Positions 9,702 to 20,215 of a stretch of 64,000 bases of DNA are shown here, piece by piece; within the stretch, counting starts at the first letter, position 1, and each line of letters starts with the position of its first letter. Under the pieces are notes generated by a model. That model searched no databases. It had not been told where the DNA came from and saw only the letters and a list, made by a program, of their open reading frames with translations. Where the stretch lies: positions 102,606 to 166,605 of the IMG/VR virus record IMGVR_UViG_3300028394_000041, one strand, 5' to 3'. The DNA is from a virus. A program made the translations under genes and the position numbers.

Positions 9702-11216
9702 TTATTTGATATCAAATCCCTCTAGACCAAAAGCCTTACTATATTTTTCGCGTAGCGAAGCTTCAGGGGCTGTGGTTGAATTTGGGATTGAAGTTTTTTC
9801 TAATTTAGCATTATCAATAACTTCGTCTACAACTTCGGTTGCAGAAATTTCTGGTGATGCAGAAGCTTTGACTTCTTCTTGGGAAGCCTTAGCTTTCATA
9901 GCATCTTCTTTTGCTTTTTTAGCAGTTTTACTTTTTTCTTTCATTAAAACTGCCATCTTATTTTTATAAGCGGCAAAGGTTTCATCGTTTAAATCTTTAA
10001 TATCTGCTGCAAGAACTTGACGATCTTCACTAGATAGGTCAAATTCCTCATCAAAAGAAGCCATACGAATATTAAAGGCTTCTTCGTTTGCTTTAGCAAG
10101 TTTTTCTTCTTCTAATTTAGCAAGAGCAGCTTTTAATTTCTCTAGTTCTTCTTTTACTTTTTCACTTTCGACTGAAAGCGATTCGTATTTTTCTTGAGTA
10201 CTTTTAATAGCATTATCTTTTTCATTCTTTTCAGAAACAAAAGTCTCTGAGGCTTTTTTGAGCTCTTCTTGAATGAAATCAGTTATGCTAGAAGCACTTG
10301 CTTGCTTTAAAAGTTCATCTGTTATTTGATTTATATTTTCTATTTTCATAATTATTCTTTTTATAACTCCTTCTTCTTTTACAGTGTTTTCATCATTTTG
10401 TGAAGTATTATCTTCATTAATACTAGAAGAATCAGAAAGATCCTCTTTTGATTTAAAATCAATAATAGCTACTTTATCGTCTTGCACAGCCACACCTTGA
10501 ACATCTGCAGCAGGATTAGAGGTTAAGCCTATCCCTAATGGAATAACATCTCCAACAACTTGACGATAAATATATGTGCTATTGTCTACTTTACCTGAGC
10601 CACCTAATGCTTTAAGGTTTTTGCTTAATTTAAGTTTTTCTTTTTCGTCAGATACAAAACTAGCATCTTCTAAATTCTTATTAGCATCTTTTAAAAGAAC
10701 TAAATCATATTCATCAAATCCTAGCTCCCAACTTGCACTTACTTTCATATAATTTTCGCTGGAGGGATCATTGCTTTCTTCTATTAAATTTGATAATTGA
10801 GGATTAATGATTTTCCAAATTACCCCGCCTAAAGTAATATAAAATGGCCCTTTAATATCTTTTACTTCATCTTCTGTTAAGGCTTCATTAGTTCCAAACT
10901 TACTAAAGTTTGCTGTTAATACACAACCAATAACTCTTGATCTATCGTGCTCAATATTAATTGGTTTATTAATAAAATTTTTCAACATTTCTGCTGCGGT
11001 CAGAGAGTTTATAACATCACCATTTTTATTTACTCTATTAACAACACAAGCATCAAATGCAATTGGCAATAGATCTATATTTTTATCTGTGTCAATATTT
11101 GGCAAAAATTTCTTTAAGCTATTAATAGAGGCTAACGATAAATATTTGTCTTTATCTTCACTAACTATAGGTTTAATTTGAAGATTTGCGAAAGTTGTTG
11201 TATATTTTAAATTCAT
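9702..11216 (-). CDS. Prohead protease / scaffold fusion
   Basis: N-terminal NKNGD...KPINIEH...SASWE protease-like motifs; C-terminal charged coiled coil. Confidence 0.7.
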   Translation of the reverse strand: MNLKYTTTFANLQIKPIVSEDKDKYLSLASINSLKKFLPNIDTDKNIDLLPIAFDACVVNRVNKNGDVINSLTAAEMLKNFINKPINIEHDRSRVIGCVLTANFSKFGTNEALTEDEVKDIKGPFYITLGGVIWKIINPQLSNLIEESNDPSSENYMKVSASWELGFDEYDLVLLKDANKNLEDASFVSDEKEKLKLSKNLKALGGSGKVDNSTYIYRQVVGDVIPLGIGLTSNPAADVQGVAVQDDKVAIIDFKSKEDLSDSSSINEDNTSQNDENTVKEEGVIKRIIMKIENINQITDELLKQASASSITDFIQEELKKASETFVSEKNEKDNAIKSTQEKYESLSVESEKVKEELEKLKAALAKLEEEKLAKANEEAFNIRMASFDEEFDLSSEDRQVLAADIKDLNDETFAAYKNKMAVLMKEKSKTAKKAKEDAMKAKASQEEVKASASPEISATEVVDEVIDNAKLEKTSIPNSTTAPEASLREKYSKAFGLEGFDIK

Positions 11217-11220
11217 AATA

Positions 11221-11817
11221 TTAAATGATAGTATCTAATCCATATATTGATATTCCATCTTCTTCATCATCAAGATAAAGGTCGTCTGGAGATTCAAAAT
11301 CAAAATTATTTAAGTTATAATTTTTAATATCCTTATCTGCTTCGTTAAAATCTTCTTCGCTTGGTTCGAAATTTGCTTCTATTATATAATCATTTTTTGA
11401 TGCTTTTGCTATATCACTATCAGCTTTGCGATAAGAATCTTTTACTTTTCCTCCGCTCACCATTCTAAGAAAAGTATTTACTCTTGCCATTGACCAAGAA
11501 ACTCGTGATTGTCCTGGTCTGTGAGAGGAAGAAAATGCACCTGCACCACGGCGAAATACTTTTTTTAATTGACCAAGTGTGACTTTTTTCTTATTTTTAC
11601 TATTATGTTCTTTAACTTTATTTTTAAGAGCGTCTATGATTTTTTTAGAAAATTCTATTGCTTTATCGCTTTTTGATCTAGCGCTACCAGGCTTGTTTTT
11701 AGAAGAGCCTTTTTTTCTTTCGCTAGGTTTAGATGGAGTTTGAGCAGATGACTTTGGACCAGGCCTAGCGGCATCTATAAATTCAAAACCAAAATTATTA
11801 GGATTGGTAATACTCAT
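11221..11817 (-). CDS. Basic head-associated protein (putative)
   Basis: QLKKVFRRGAGAFSSSHRPG...WSMARVNTFL motif seen in phage head modules. Confidence 0.55.
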   Translation of the reverse strand: MSITNPNNFGFEFIDAARPGPKSSAQTPSKPSERKKGSSKNKPGSARSKSDKAIEFSKKIIDALKNKVKEHNSKNKKKVTLGQLKKVFRRGAGAFSSSHRPGQSRVSWSMARVNTFLRMVSGGKVKDSYRKADSDIAKASKNDYIIEANFEPSEEDFNEADKDIKNYNLNNFDFESPDDLYLDDEEDGISIYGLDTII

Positions 11818-11944
11818 CTATATATTATACACTTAACAGGCAAATTAAATCAAATTTAAATTAGCATAACGGATAGAACATTATGCTAATCTTTTTACCA
11901 CGTAGGGTCTCATCCGAGCGTACCGTCGCAACGGGCTACATTTT

Positions 11945-13717
11945 TTATAGATATCTGTATCTAAAATTATTATACATTTGTAAAATTTGAATTTGTGAAA
12001 GAGCAACGTTGTATGAATTGGTTACACCAATATCTAAATTGTTAAGGTATCTTTTTCTTTGGAAGGCATATCCTGGTGAGCCTTTTGATCTTCTAGATTT
12101 TCCAAAGCATAAAAAATTATAATTAGATCCAACATTTTCTGAAGTCCAACTTGTGGCTGTTGTGGGGTAAAGTAATCCATTTTTTTTAAGAAATCCTGGG
12201 GCTAATGGAGTTTGATTTAATCTAGCATTTAAAGTTTGTCTATTTGGCGTATCAACATCTTTTCCAGGCCTAATGCAAGGATTAAATTTAAGCATTGCTG
12301 TGGTTTCTAATTGGCCATTTATATATATTTTATATGTTCCACTTTGTCTTGTAATTGAAAGCATATACATTTCGCCAAATTTATACTTGTAATCTGTCAT
12401 AAGAGTAAAATTTCCATAACCAAATTGACTTGTCCATCCGTGTCCAAAACTAAAAACAAAACTAAAAGGTTCAAATTTTGATTTATATGTATTATTTCCG
12501 TTTATATTATAATAAGGAGATCTATACCCGATATGAATATCTTTATTAACTTCTCCACCAGAAATTCTTGCAAATATTCCTCTTTTTTCTCTAACAAGAT
12601 AATTTGTTGGAGATGTATGAGCTATTGGTCTTTGGAGTTTAATGAATGTATTAAATGTAAAATCTCCATTTATATTAATAAAATAAGCACCATCATTTCT
12701 TCTTAATTTTAAAAGTGGAGCAACAAGGTCTTGAAGATTTTTTCCTCTCACCTCAGCAGCTCCATTAGTAAGAGTAGCATAAATTAACTCACCATATTTT
12801 TTTAAATGCTCAACATCATCATTGTTGTTGTATTTTATATATCTGTATGTGTTGTTGGCAAATTCAGCTTTTCTAGTATTAAATGGTGTTCCTGGAATCT
12901 TTTGTCTAACATCTATATTTGGAAATGTTGGTATTATTCCATCTAATTGATAATTTCTTAATTCTTCTAAAAAAACTGGATCAAGATCTGCTGTGCCTTC
13001 TGTTAGATTTAAATATAATGAAATGTTTGGTGGAGTTTCATTTCCAAGTGCCTCTCCACCATCTGGATTAGTCCAATCTACATCATATTGTGGGTAACAA
13101 TTCACAGCATTACCACAATTATTACTTTTTATAAAAATATCAGTATAATCTCTTTGATTTGAATCTCTAATAACCCAAGCTCCAGCACCATTATCAAAAA
13201 TCGCCATATCTTCATCATCATCTTTAATGAAATAACGTCTATTATTAACTAAGCTTGGATTTACAGTTTGACTATATATTCCATTAACATAAGACAGAGA
13301 ACATCCTGATACTAAAATTTTATATCTTTCGTTTTGAATTTCTTTTTTATAAAAAATTGGATCAAAAAGAAAAGTAAGGGCATTTTGTGTTACTCCTGTA
13401 GGTGGATAATCAGAGTTTGATTCGTGCCAATTAATTAAATCAAAAGAAGTATATGATATATCATCTATTGATGGTTCATATAGCGTCCAAGCTGATGTTT
13501 GCCATTGAATATACCTGCCATCTGACCCATTAAATGTTGCAGTTCCACCTGAACTTCTTGTATAAACTCCATTTCCAATTCCTCCTCCAGAAAGAGTTAC
13601 TTTGCTAATAAAATTTGGTGGCAAAAGATCTATATATTTTTTTTCAATTAATTTTCCACTTCCACCTTTTGTGGAATTAATTTTACCGCTTCCGCCTTTG
13701 CCTATTTTAATATTCAT
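11945..13717 (-). CDS. Virion protein with C-terminal LamG/concanavalin-like domain
   Basis: ITRQSGTYKIYINGQLE...YNVALSQIQILQMYN LamG signature. Confidence 0.6.
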   Translation of the reverse strand: MNIKIGKGGSGKINSTKGGSGKLIEKKYIDLLPPNFISKVTLSGGGIGNGVYTRSSGGTATFNGSDGRYIQWQTSAWTLYEPSIDDISYTSFDLINWHESNSDYPPTGVTQNALTFLFDPIFYKKEIQNERYKILVSGCSLSYVNGIYSQTVNPSLVNNRRYFIKDDDEDMAIFDNGAGAWVIRDSNQRDYTDIFIKSNNCGNAVNCYPQYDVDWTNPDGGEALGNETPPNISLYLNLTEGTADLDPVFLEELRNYQLDGIIPTFPNIDVRQKIPGTPFNTRKAEFANNTYRYIKYNNNDDVEHLKKYGELIYATLTNGAAEVRGKNLQDLVAPLLKLRRNDGAYFININGDFTFNTFIKLQRPIAHTSPTNYLVREKRGIFARISGGEVNKDIHIGYRSPYYNINGNNTYKSKFEPFSFVFSFGHGWTSQFGYGNFTLMTDYKYKFGEMYMLSITRQSGTYKIYINGQLETTAMLKFNPCIRPGKDVDTPNRQTLNARLNQTPLAPGFLKKNGLLYPTTATSWTSENVGSNYNFLCFGKSRRSKGSPGYAFQRKRYLNNLDIGVTNSYNVALSQIQILQMYNNFRYRYL

Positions 13718-13863
13718 TTTTTATATAATTCTTTAGAGATATCATCAGCAGAACCCATAGTTGGTGTTTCTGGATATTTTGTAGGCAATTCTCTACTATC
13801 TAAATTTGGCTCAGAACAAGATATTAATAAAAATAGTGGCAATATTAATAATAGTTTTTTCAT
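13714..13863 (-). CDS. Small lipoprotein (49 aa), possible o-spanin; not in the ORF track
   Basis: MKKLLLILPLFLLISC lipobox, Pro-rich body, directly after the endolysin; ATGA overlap with the next gene. Confidence 0.6.
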   Translation of the reverse strand: MKKLLLILPLFLLISCSEPNLDSRELPTKYPETPTMGSADDISKELYKK

Positions 13864-13871
13864 AATAACTA

Positions 13872-14498
13872 TTACACGCTTAAAGATTGTTCTATTAATT
13901 TAGCTTCAGCATCTCGTCTGCGACTCATACCCTTTTCTATGCTTCCACCAATCCATATTCTTTTCATGCTTCTTATTTGGTTGGCTATAAAAGATAGAGC
14001 TTTTTGATCAAAAGTATTTGTTATTCTCATACCGTCTCTTATTAATTTCATTTCGCGGCGGCGATCACCTTCTAAAGCTGCTCCTCTATTAAATACAAGA
14101 CTAACCAATCCACCTTTGGCATCTTCTGGCATTTTATCAAAGTTAGGAAAAGTATCTTTTGTTAAATTCCAAAACTTAGTTACTGTTTTATTATTGAAGA
14201 CTTGCAAAGATAATTCCCAAGGAATAGTTATATCCCTTAATCCTCTAATAAGATTCTTAGCGTTGTATCCTTTGATACCAACTACTTTATATAATCTATC
14301 AAAGATTTCTTTAGGAAGATCTTTCCAATCTTCGCTAAATTCTGCTTTATTTACATAGCCTAAATCGTAACCAACACCAATTGTAACTCCACTTTGACCT
14401 TCTGGCCAAGCTGGATTTTTTAAAAATTTATTATAATAGTTTTCTCCACCGCCAACTTCAAATTCGAGAATAAGATCTAAGGATTTTTTACTTAACAT
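13872..14498 (-). CDS. Endolysin, pesticin C-terminal-like muramidase
   Basis: FE...SGVTIGVGYDLG motif; LVSLVFNRG; GMSRRRDAEA. Confidence 0.8.
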   Translation of the reverse strand: MLSKKSLDLILEFEVGGGENYYNKFLKNPAWPEGQSGVTIGVGYDLGYVNKAEFSEDWKDLPKEIFDRLYKVVGIKGYNAKNLIRGLRDITIPWELSLQVFNNKTVTKFWNLTKDTFPNFDKMPEDAKGGLVSLVFNRGAALEGDRRREMKLIRDGMRITNTFDQKALSFIANQIRSMKRIWIGGSIEKGMSRRRDAEAKLIEQSLSV

Positions 14499-14500
14499 AT

Positions 14501-16105
14501 TTATATAGGATAATCTGTTCCATAAAATCTAATTATTTTCCAACCAGTTTTGCACATTACAAAAAATCTATAATAATGATTGTTTACGAATGACGATGGT
14601 CCAATGCTAGTTATATTAATAGTACCATCTCCAAGATTAGAAATCGAATCAGTATTTATGGTACTTCCATTTTTTGCTCTTATAACAATATAATTATAAT
14701 TAAAATCTACTCCCCCAAGAGAGTTTAATATTGTGGTTGGATCAAGTCCAAGAGATGAGCAACTGCTAGCAAAAGAAGAATAATCAAAAGCTATATTATT
14801 AAAAGTAACACCATTAGGAGCATCATTTCCTGATATTTCAATTAATTTATTAATATTTTGATATCCACAAGTTGAACGTAATGATATTTTTGCAGGACTA
14901 TTATATTTTTCTATAATTGCGCCTACTTCTACAGCTGTTGTTTTGTATGATCTTGGATTAAAATATATGAGTGTCCCTGGATCAATAACTGTATTAGATC
15001 GATCTGTAATAATAGAATTTTGGTCTCTCCATCCTGCAGCTATAAATCCACCAGTTTTTTTATAATAAGAATTTCCATTGAAATAAATTATATCAGCTGA
15101 TCCTATAGTATTTGCTGGTGTTAAATCAAAAATTACTCCTAAAGTATTTATTGAACCGCCTTTAAATATATAAATATTATTCGCGTCGTATACTGTTGAT
15201 CCGCCATCAATTGAATAAGGCTCTAGCTTGGTTTGATTTTGTTTTTTAATTGAAATTTTTCCTGAGCTAAAATTCTCAAAACCAAAACTTTGTGAACCTC
15301 CATCAACAGATGAATCTAGTAATAAAACGGGTATACCATCAAAAGTGCTGTTCCAACCAGATTTTGTTGAGTATCTATAAACTTTTAAATTAGGATTAAC
15401 ATTGGCAGTAAAAAATATATCTCCACCTGAAGTTGGTGCATTTCCTAAAAAATTAACTCTAGTTAGATTAGAACAACCACCAAACGCATTCTGCCCAATA
15501 CTTGTTACGCTGTTGGGAATGGTGATGCTGGTAAGAAATGCTGAATTAGCGAACGCGTAACTCCCAATACTCGTTATACTGTTGGGGATGTTAATGCTTG
15601 TTAGCTTACTGCTGTTAAATGCCTCACCACCAATACTCGTCACATTATTTGGAATAGTTATGCTTGTGAAACCACAATTATCGAATGTACGATATGGGAT
15701 ACTTGTCAATCCATTTCCAATGATAACACTGATTAAGCTTGTGCATCCAAAGAAGACATTTTCTCCAATGCTGGTGACACTATTTGGAATATTAATGCTT
15801 ATTAAACTGATGCAATTAAGGAACGCAGACTCTTCTATGGTTGTTATATTGGCGCTTAGAGTTACTGTAGCTAGATTAGAGCAGCTAGTAAATGCATAAG
15901 GAGCAATACTAGTTACAGTGCTTGGCATAGTTAGACTAGTTAAGCTAGTACGAGAACTAAATGCGAAGTTACTAATTCTAGTCACACCACTTCCAATATC
16001 AACACTAGTTAATGTTAAGGTTCTATTATAACTAGATTGACCAATAATTGTATCAGCACTTGTAGTTGATGACCCATTGCTATAATAGAATGTTGATAAG
16101 GCCAT
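14501..16105 (-). CDS. BspA-type leucine-rich repeat protein
   Basis: About 8 LTSITIPNSVTSIGxxAF repeats. Confidence 0.85.
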   Translation of the reverse strand: MALSTFYYSNGSSTTSADTIIGQSSYNRTLTLTSVDIGSGVTRISNFAFSSRTSLTSLTMPSTVTSIAPYAFTSCSNLATVTLSANITTIEESAFLNCISLISINIPNSVTSIGENVFFGCTSLISVIIGNGLTSIPYRTFDNCGFTSITIPNNVTSIGGEAFNSSKLTSINIPNSITSIGSYAFANSAFLTSITIPNSVTSIGQNAFGGCSNLTRVNFLGNAPTSGGDIFFTANVNPNLKVYRYSTKSGWNSTFDGIPVLLLDSSVDGGSQSFGFENFSSGKISIKKQNQTKLEPYSIDGGSTVYDANNIYIFKGGSINTLGVIFDLTPANTIGSADIIYFNGNSYYKKTGGFIAAGWRDQNSIITDRSNTVIDPGTLIYFNPRSYKTTAVEVGAIIEKYNSPAKISLRSTCGYQNINKLIEISGNDAPNGVTFNNIAFDYSSFASSCSSLGLDPTTILNSLGGVDFNYNYIVIRAKNGSTINTDSISNLGDGTINITSIGPSSFVNNHYYRFFVMCKTGWKIIRFYGTDYPI

Positions 16106-16114
16106 ATTATTATT

Positions 16115-16531
16115 TTAATTATTTATTTTATCTATGGTCTTGTCTAGTATATTATCTTGAGCTACTTTTTCTTTTAGCCAAGAGTTAAGAACTCCAAAAT
16201 AAACAAGATGCTCGCTATCAATTAAAAACAATTCATTACCGAAAGTATCCTTATAAGGTTTAATTCCAGAATCTTCATTTAGATCAATTGCTTTTTCTTT
16301 TTTAAATTTAATTCTATACATTTTAATTAAATTATTATATCGTTCGCGCGCTTGGCGAGTAATAAGAGCATCGTCACCAAGGAAAGAAATCAATCCACCA
16401 TTGTCTTTATCATATTGTTTTGGCGTTGTAGCATCATAAGAAGATTTATCATCTTGTATTTTATTAGGGGTGACCGTAGCACAACCAATAAAAAGAAAAT
16501 TAAGAGCTAATATGCTTGCGAGCTTCTTCAA
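16115..16531 (-). CDS. Lipoprotein, spanin candidate
   Basis: LFIGC lipobox; overlaps 16500..16700 in the lysis cluster. Confidence 0.55.
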   Translation of the reverse strand: MKKLASILALNFLFIGCATVTPNKIQDDKSSYDATTPKQYDKDNGGLISFLGDDALITRQARERYNNLIKMYRIKFKKEKAIDLNEDSGIKPYKDTFGNELFLIDSEHLVYFGVLNSWLKEKVAQDNILDKTIDKINN

Positions 16532-16700
16532 GATCTTTGTCCTTTACTGCATTTTCAATTCCACTTTGATGATCAACTTCTTTTTGAGCTTCTTGACGAT
16601 CTTTCATTTCTTTTGTGTTCTTTGCTCCGAACACATTATTGATCGCTGCGAATATTCCAGATACTGCTGATAGTAAAGCTTGGATTATTCCAGTTGGCAT
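16500..16700 (-). CDS. Small membrane-anchored protein, i-spanin candidate
   Basis: N-terminal hydrophobic helix then charged coiled coil. Confidence 0.5.
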   Translation of the reverse strand: MPTGIIQALLSAVSGIFAAINNVFGAKNTKEMKDRQEAQKEVDHQSGIENAVKDKDLEEARKHISS

Positions 16701-16703
16701 ATA

Positions 16704-17153
16704 TTACTCAACGTAACTTGCTGTGGCATCTTTACAACCAGATGCAATAGCATTTAATACTTTAATAGCGAGAGCACCATTTCCATCAACTCTAGCAAAT
16801 TGCACAGCATACATATCTTTGATTGCACTAACGTAATTTACCCAATGAGTTTTTTCAACAGGAAGATAATCTGTAAGAGCTTTTTGAAGTTGATCAGGGG
16901 TTGGAGCAGATCATAATGTTAAAGATTCAACAATAACTGCAACATGATTAATCATCTTAGCTTTTTCAATTCTATCATTTCCAGAAGTTGCTTGGTCAAG
17001 AACAACTGTGCAAGCTAATATTACCGCTGGTTTAATATAAGGAAGAGCATTTTCAACACTTGCTGGTGCGTCAATTTTACCAGTTTGAGTTGTAGCACAA
17101 GCTCCAAGAAATACGCTCAAAAGAGCAACGGCGGCTAATTGTAATTTATTCAT
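16704..17153 (-). pseudogene. 149-codon lipoprotein gene interrupted by one in-frame TGA (16911-16913)
   Basis: LGAC lipobox; frame continues after TGA (SLTL*SAPTPDQLQKAL...ASYVE) to TAA at 16704, directly before the next ATG. Confidence 0.65.
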
Positions 17154-17431
17154 ATATTTTCTCCAGTTCTTTTTTCTGCTTCGATTGTTTGAGCTACTGT
17201 TCCACCAGTAACTGCTGCATCTTTTACTGTTAATGCAAAAACTATACCAGAAACAACAGCAATTAATTTCGAAATTCCAATAATATAAACTTCTGCTATG
17301 TCTGGAAGAAATGCTACCAAGGTAGGATCAGAATGAATTGCTATTGCGGTAGTAATTGCTATTACTGTGGTAACTCCAGAAGTGGAAGATCTCCAATTGG
17401 GGCCAAAGATTTTAGATAGCATAGCTTTCAT
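17150..17431 (-). CDS. Holin candidate
   Basis: 93 aa with two hydrophobic segments; first gene of the lysis cluster. Confidence 0.55.
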   Translation of the reverse strand: MKAMLSKIFGPNWRSSTSGVTTVIAITTAIAIHSDPTLVAFLPDIAEVYIIGISKLIAVVSGIVFALTVKDAAVTGGTVAQTIEAEKRTGENI

Positions 17432-17463
17432 AATATATTACACTATATTATATGTGTTAAAAA

Positions 17464-19161
17464 TTAAAATATCAATACTTTCTTTTGATTATTGATATAT
17501 GAGTATATTAAATTTCCACTTGTGTAAATGCCTCTAGAACTAGCAGTATCTGTATCAAGGTCAAAGTTAAAATGCAAATTAGCAATTTTATTAGAATTAA
17601 TATTTGAGCTATATTCTATAGCATCAAATTTACAACCACTAAAGATGAATTTAGTTGGGTAAACGTCATTCTTGTTTGAAGCAAAATCTACTACTATGTT
17701 ATAATTATCATTTCTATTTAAAGTATCAAAAAATGAACCTTGGAAACTTTCTTTTGTTAATAAATTTATATTCAATTTACCATTAACTGGAAATTCTATT
17801 TTTTTGATAATTGGAAATTTATAATTAACGCTTTTATAATTTTTTCTATTAAAATTTAAATCAAAATTTAAACCTTGCACAGTATCATTGTAAAATTGAA
17901 TATTACTAAGAGTTCCATAATTAGCAGTTATAGCTCCACCTACTTGATTAAAACTTGAATCAAAATAATAAGTTGTATTTGGGATTGGTACATCAACTGA
18001 TCTGACACTAACTCCATCTTTGAAATAAGTAACAGTCTTTCCGTCGTATTCTATTCTAAATTTTGTTGAAGTTGTATAAGCTCCAAAACTAGTTATAAGT
18101 GAGCCAGTTTCATAAATATTAAAAGTTGCAGCTGCACTCGTATGGAAAGCATAATTTATTGTGTCATAATTAGCGCTTGCAGTTGGATTTGTACTTAAAC
18201 CAAACATAGCTCCAGCTGTGGTTTGATTAGCATTTACCTCAAGATACATATTATTATTATAACCTATGCTAGAATAAGCTTCCGCATCGCCCCAAGTAGT
18301 TCCAGCAATTTTTGTAAATACATTTCCAACTTTACTCATATTTACTGTAGTTATATTTTCAGGAATTAAACTAATAATATTAGTTGAGCCATTATTTGGA
18401 CTTCTATAAAAAGTAACGGTTGCATCTCCTGGCAGGAGAATATTTTCTCCACTCAAATTTGATTGAATATAATTTAAATTTTTTGGAATGATAATTGTAT
18501 CTGTATTTGTTTGATTAATCCCAGATTTTAAGTCTAAGAATGTATACTTTACTCCAGAACCGCTATTATAAAAAGTGATATTGTCTGCACTATAATTTTG
18601 AGTAACTAATGGCAAATTTCCAACTGAAACATCAAAACCATAAGTATTTAAAGTGCAATTTTGAAAATGAAGCAAACTGTAATTTTTGCTATTTTTATCT
18701 ATTACATCTTCGATTGTTGTTGGCTTAATAAGAGAGCTTGATACTGTTGCATTTTCTGAATTAATATCATTCTCGTCTTTATTTATAACAAGATAAAAGT
18801 CTTTATTATTAGATAAAAGATTATTTGTGCATAACCCAGAAAACATTGGTAAATATCTTCCAGAAAAATGATTAACATCAAAATTTAATCTATTCTCATT
18901 TGTAATTCCATCTGGAATATAAGAAAAATCAAATGTTACTTGCGGATTTGCGGCTACTCCTCTAAATATATATTTTTTAGAAGCCATTCCATGCAATTCA
19001 ACCGTATTACTATTTATTCCATAATTGAAATTTTGTATCTTCTCTAGTCTTTTTAAAATTTTATAATTAGCAAGATAATAATCGTTACCGTTTGAATACT
19101 CTCCAGAATATGGAGCTACAAATAGTCCTTGAGTATTGTAAATGATCCTATTTTTTGGCAT
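17464..19161 (-). CDS. Tail tube-like structural protein with an inserted beta-sandwich domain
   Basis: Beta-rich N- and C-terminal halves; an internal segment (~aa 255-420, FTKIAGTTWGD...FRIEYDGKTVTYFKDG) resembles a lectin-like insertion. Confidence 0.5.
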   Translation of the reverse strand: MPKNRIIYNTQGLFVAPYSGEYSNGNDYYLANYKILKRLEKIQNFNYGINSNTVELHGMASKKYIFRGVAANPQVTFDFSYIPDGITNENRLNFDVNHFSGRYLPMFSGLCTNNLLSNNKDFYLVINKDENDINSENATVSSSLIKPTTIEDVIDKNSKNYSLLHFQNCTLNTYGFDVSVGNLPLVTQNYSADNITFYNSGSGVKYTFLDLKSGINQTNTDTIIIPKNLNYIQSNLSGENILLPGDATVTFYRSPNNGSTNIISLIPENITTVNMSKVGNVFTKIAGTTWGDAEAYSSIGYNNNMYLEVNANQTTAGAMFGLSTNPTASANYDTINYAFHTSAAATFNIYETGSLITSFGAYTTSTKFRIEYDGKTVTYFKDGVSVRSVDVPIPNTTYYFDSSFNQVGGAITANYGTLSNIQFYNDTVQGLNFDLNFNRKNYKSVNYKFPIIKKIEFPVNGKLNINLLTKESFQGSFFDTLNRNDNYNIVVDFASNKNDVYPTKFIFSGCKFDAIEYSSNINSNKIANLHFNFDLDTDTASSRGIYTSGNLIYSYINNQKKVLIF

Positions 19162-19207
19162 GAACCTTAATCCTTGAATAGGATTACACTATATTTTAAA
19201 ATGAATT

Positions 19208-20215
19208 TTAGTTGAATGGAAACACTCTAAACGAACCTGTATTATATAAATTTGAAGCATCTCCAGAAGTTAAAGAATAATTTTTCCAAAATCCGCAGTT
19301 TCGAATAATTGTTTTAGTATTATATTCTGTACTAGCAACTGGAGTCCCATTACTTCCGTTTGGACTTGCTCCTATTCCGAATCCTTTATAAGCTGATCCA
19401 AAAAACTTAGATCCTGGGGCAGTATATTTTCCAGATCCTTGAAGTATTCCATCGATATAAAGAGTAATCGCTTTATTGAAAGCGTTATTTACTCCTACTA
19501 TTTGATGATAACCAGTATCGGTTATTGGACTTAAAGATCTTACTCTTGTCCAACTGTAGGTAGATGGAGTATGAGTTGAAAATGAAAATGTCAAATAATC
19601 TCCAGTATTTGTATAGTTCGAATTTGTATATTCAAAATGAAATCCTAATTGACCAAAAGGACTGCCAAGTAAAAATTGACTGTTTGAAGCATTATTAATG
19701 TTCAAACGTTTTGTTTCAAAACTTATAGAAAAATTTTGATTTAAAGTCGCTGGTTCAACTAAATTTGAGCTATAATTAACAAGAGAAGATGTTCCACCAG
19801 CTACATAAGCTCCAGATGATGAAAATGTATTTGGTCCAATGCTTGTGAAATTATAATCGCCATATGTTGCATTTGAGTTTGTTGTAAAATTCCACCAATT
19901 AGAAGCTTGAGGTAAGCTGGACATATTTTTTACAGAATATGTGCTTCTGATTTCTGAAGTGCTCCAGCTCGATAGAGGACTTCTAGCCCATGTATTTTGG
20001 TCAATACAGTAATAAACATATTGTTTATCAAAAGCTAAACTTCCTTTTGTGCCTGGAGATGTTGTCGATACAGGAGAACTAACCAAATTCACATCTCTAT
20101 TTAATGTTTGATCTAAAATTAGTCTATACCCAGAGATAACCAATTCATTAGTATTATTATTGACTACTAACTGTCTATTTGGATCATTATAATAAATTGT
20201 ATTTAATTGACTCAT
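19208..20215 (-). CDS. Virion protein with LamG-like domain
   Basis: PGTKGSLAFDKQYVYYC...W fibre motif; YHQIVGV...ITLYIDG LamG motif; likely start MSQLN at 20215. Confidence 0.6.
   Translation of the reverse strand: MSQLNTIYYNDPNRQLVVNNNTNELVISGYRLILDQTLNRDVNLVSSPVSTTSPGTKGSLAFDKQYVYYCIDQNTWARSPLSSWSTSEIRSTYSVKNMSSLPQASNWWNFTTNSNATYGDYNFTSIGPNTFSSSGAYVAGGTSSLVNYSSNLVEPATLNQNFSISFETKRLNINNASNSQFLLGSPFGQLGFHFEYTNSNYTNTGDYLTFSFSTHTPSTYSWTRVRSLSPITDTGYHQIVGVNNAFNKAITLYIDGILQGSGKYTAPGSKFFGSAYKGFGIGASPNGSNGTPVASTEYNTKTIIRNCGFWKNYSLTSGDASNLYNTGSFRVFPFN

Noticed and set aside
727-16105. Diversity-generating retroelement acting on fibre/LRR genes
   Set aside because: No reverse transcriptase in the window and no TR/VR pair with adenine-specific mismatches seen
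16911-16913. Genome-wide stop-codon reassignment (TGA to Gly/Trp)
   Set aside because: Only one in-frame TGA was found; TGA terminates many genes with ATGA overlaps and long genes are intact in code 11
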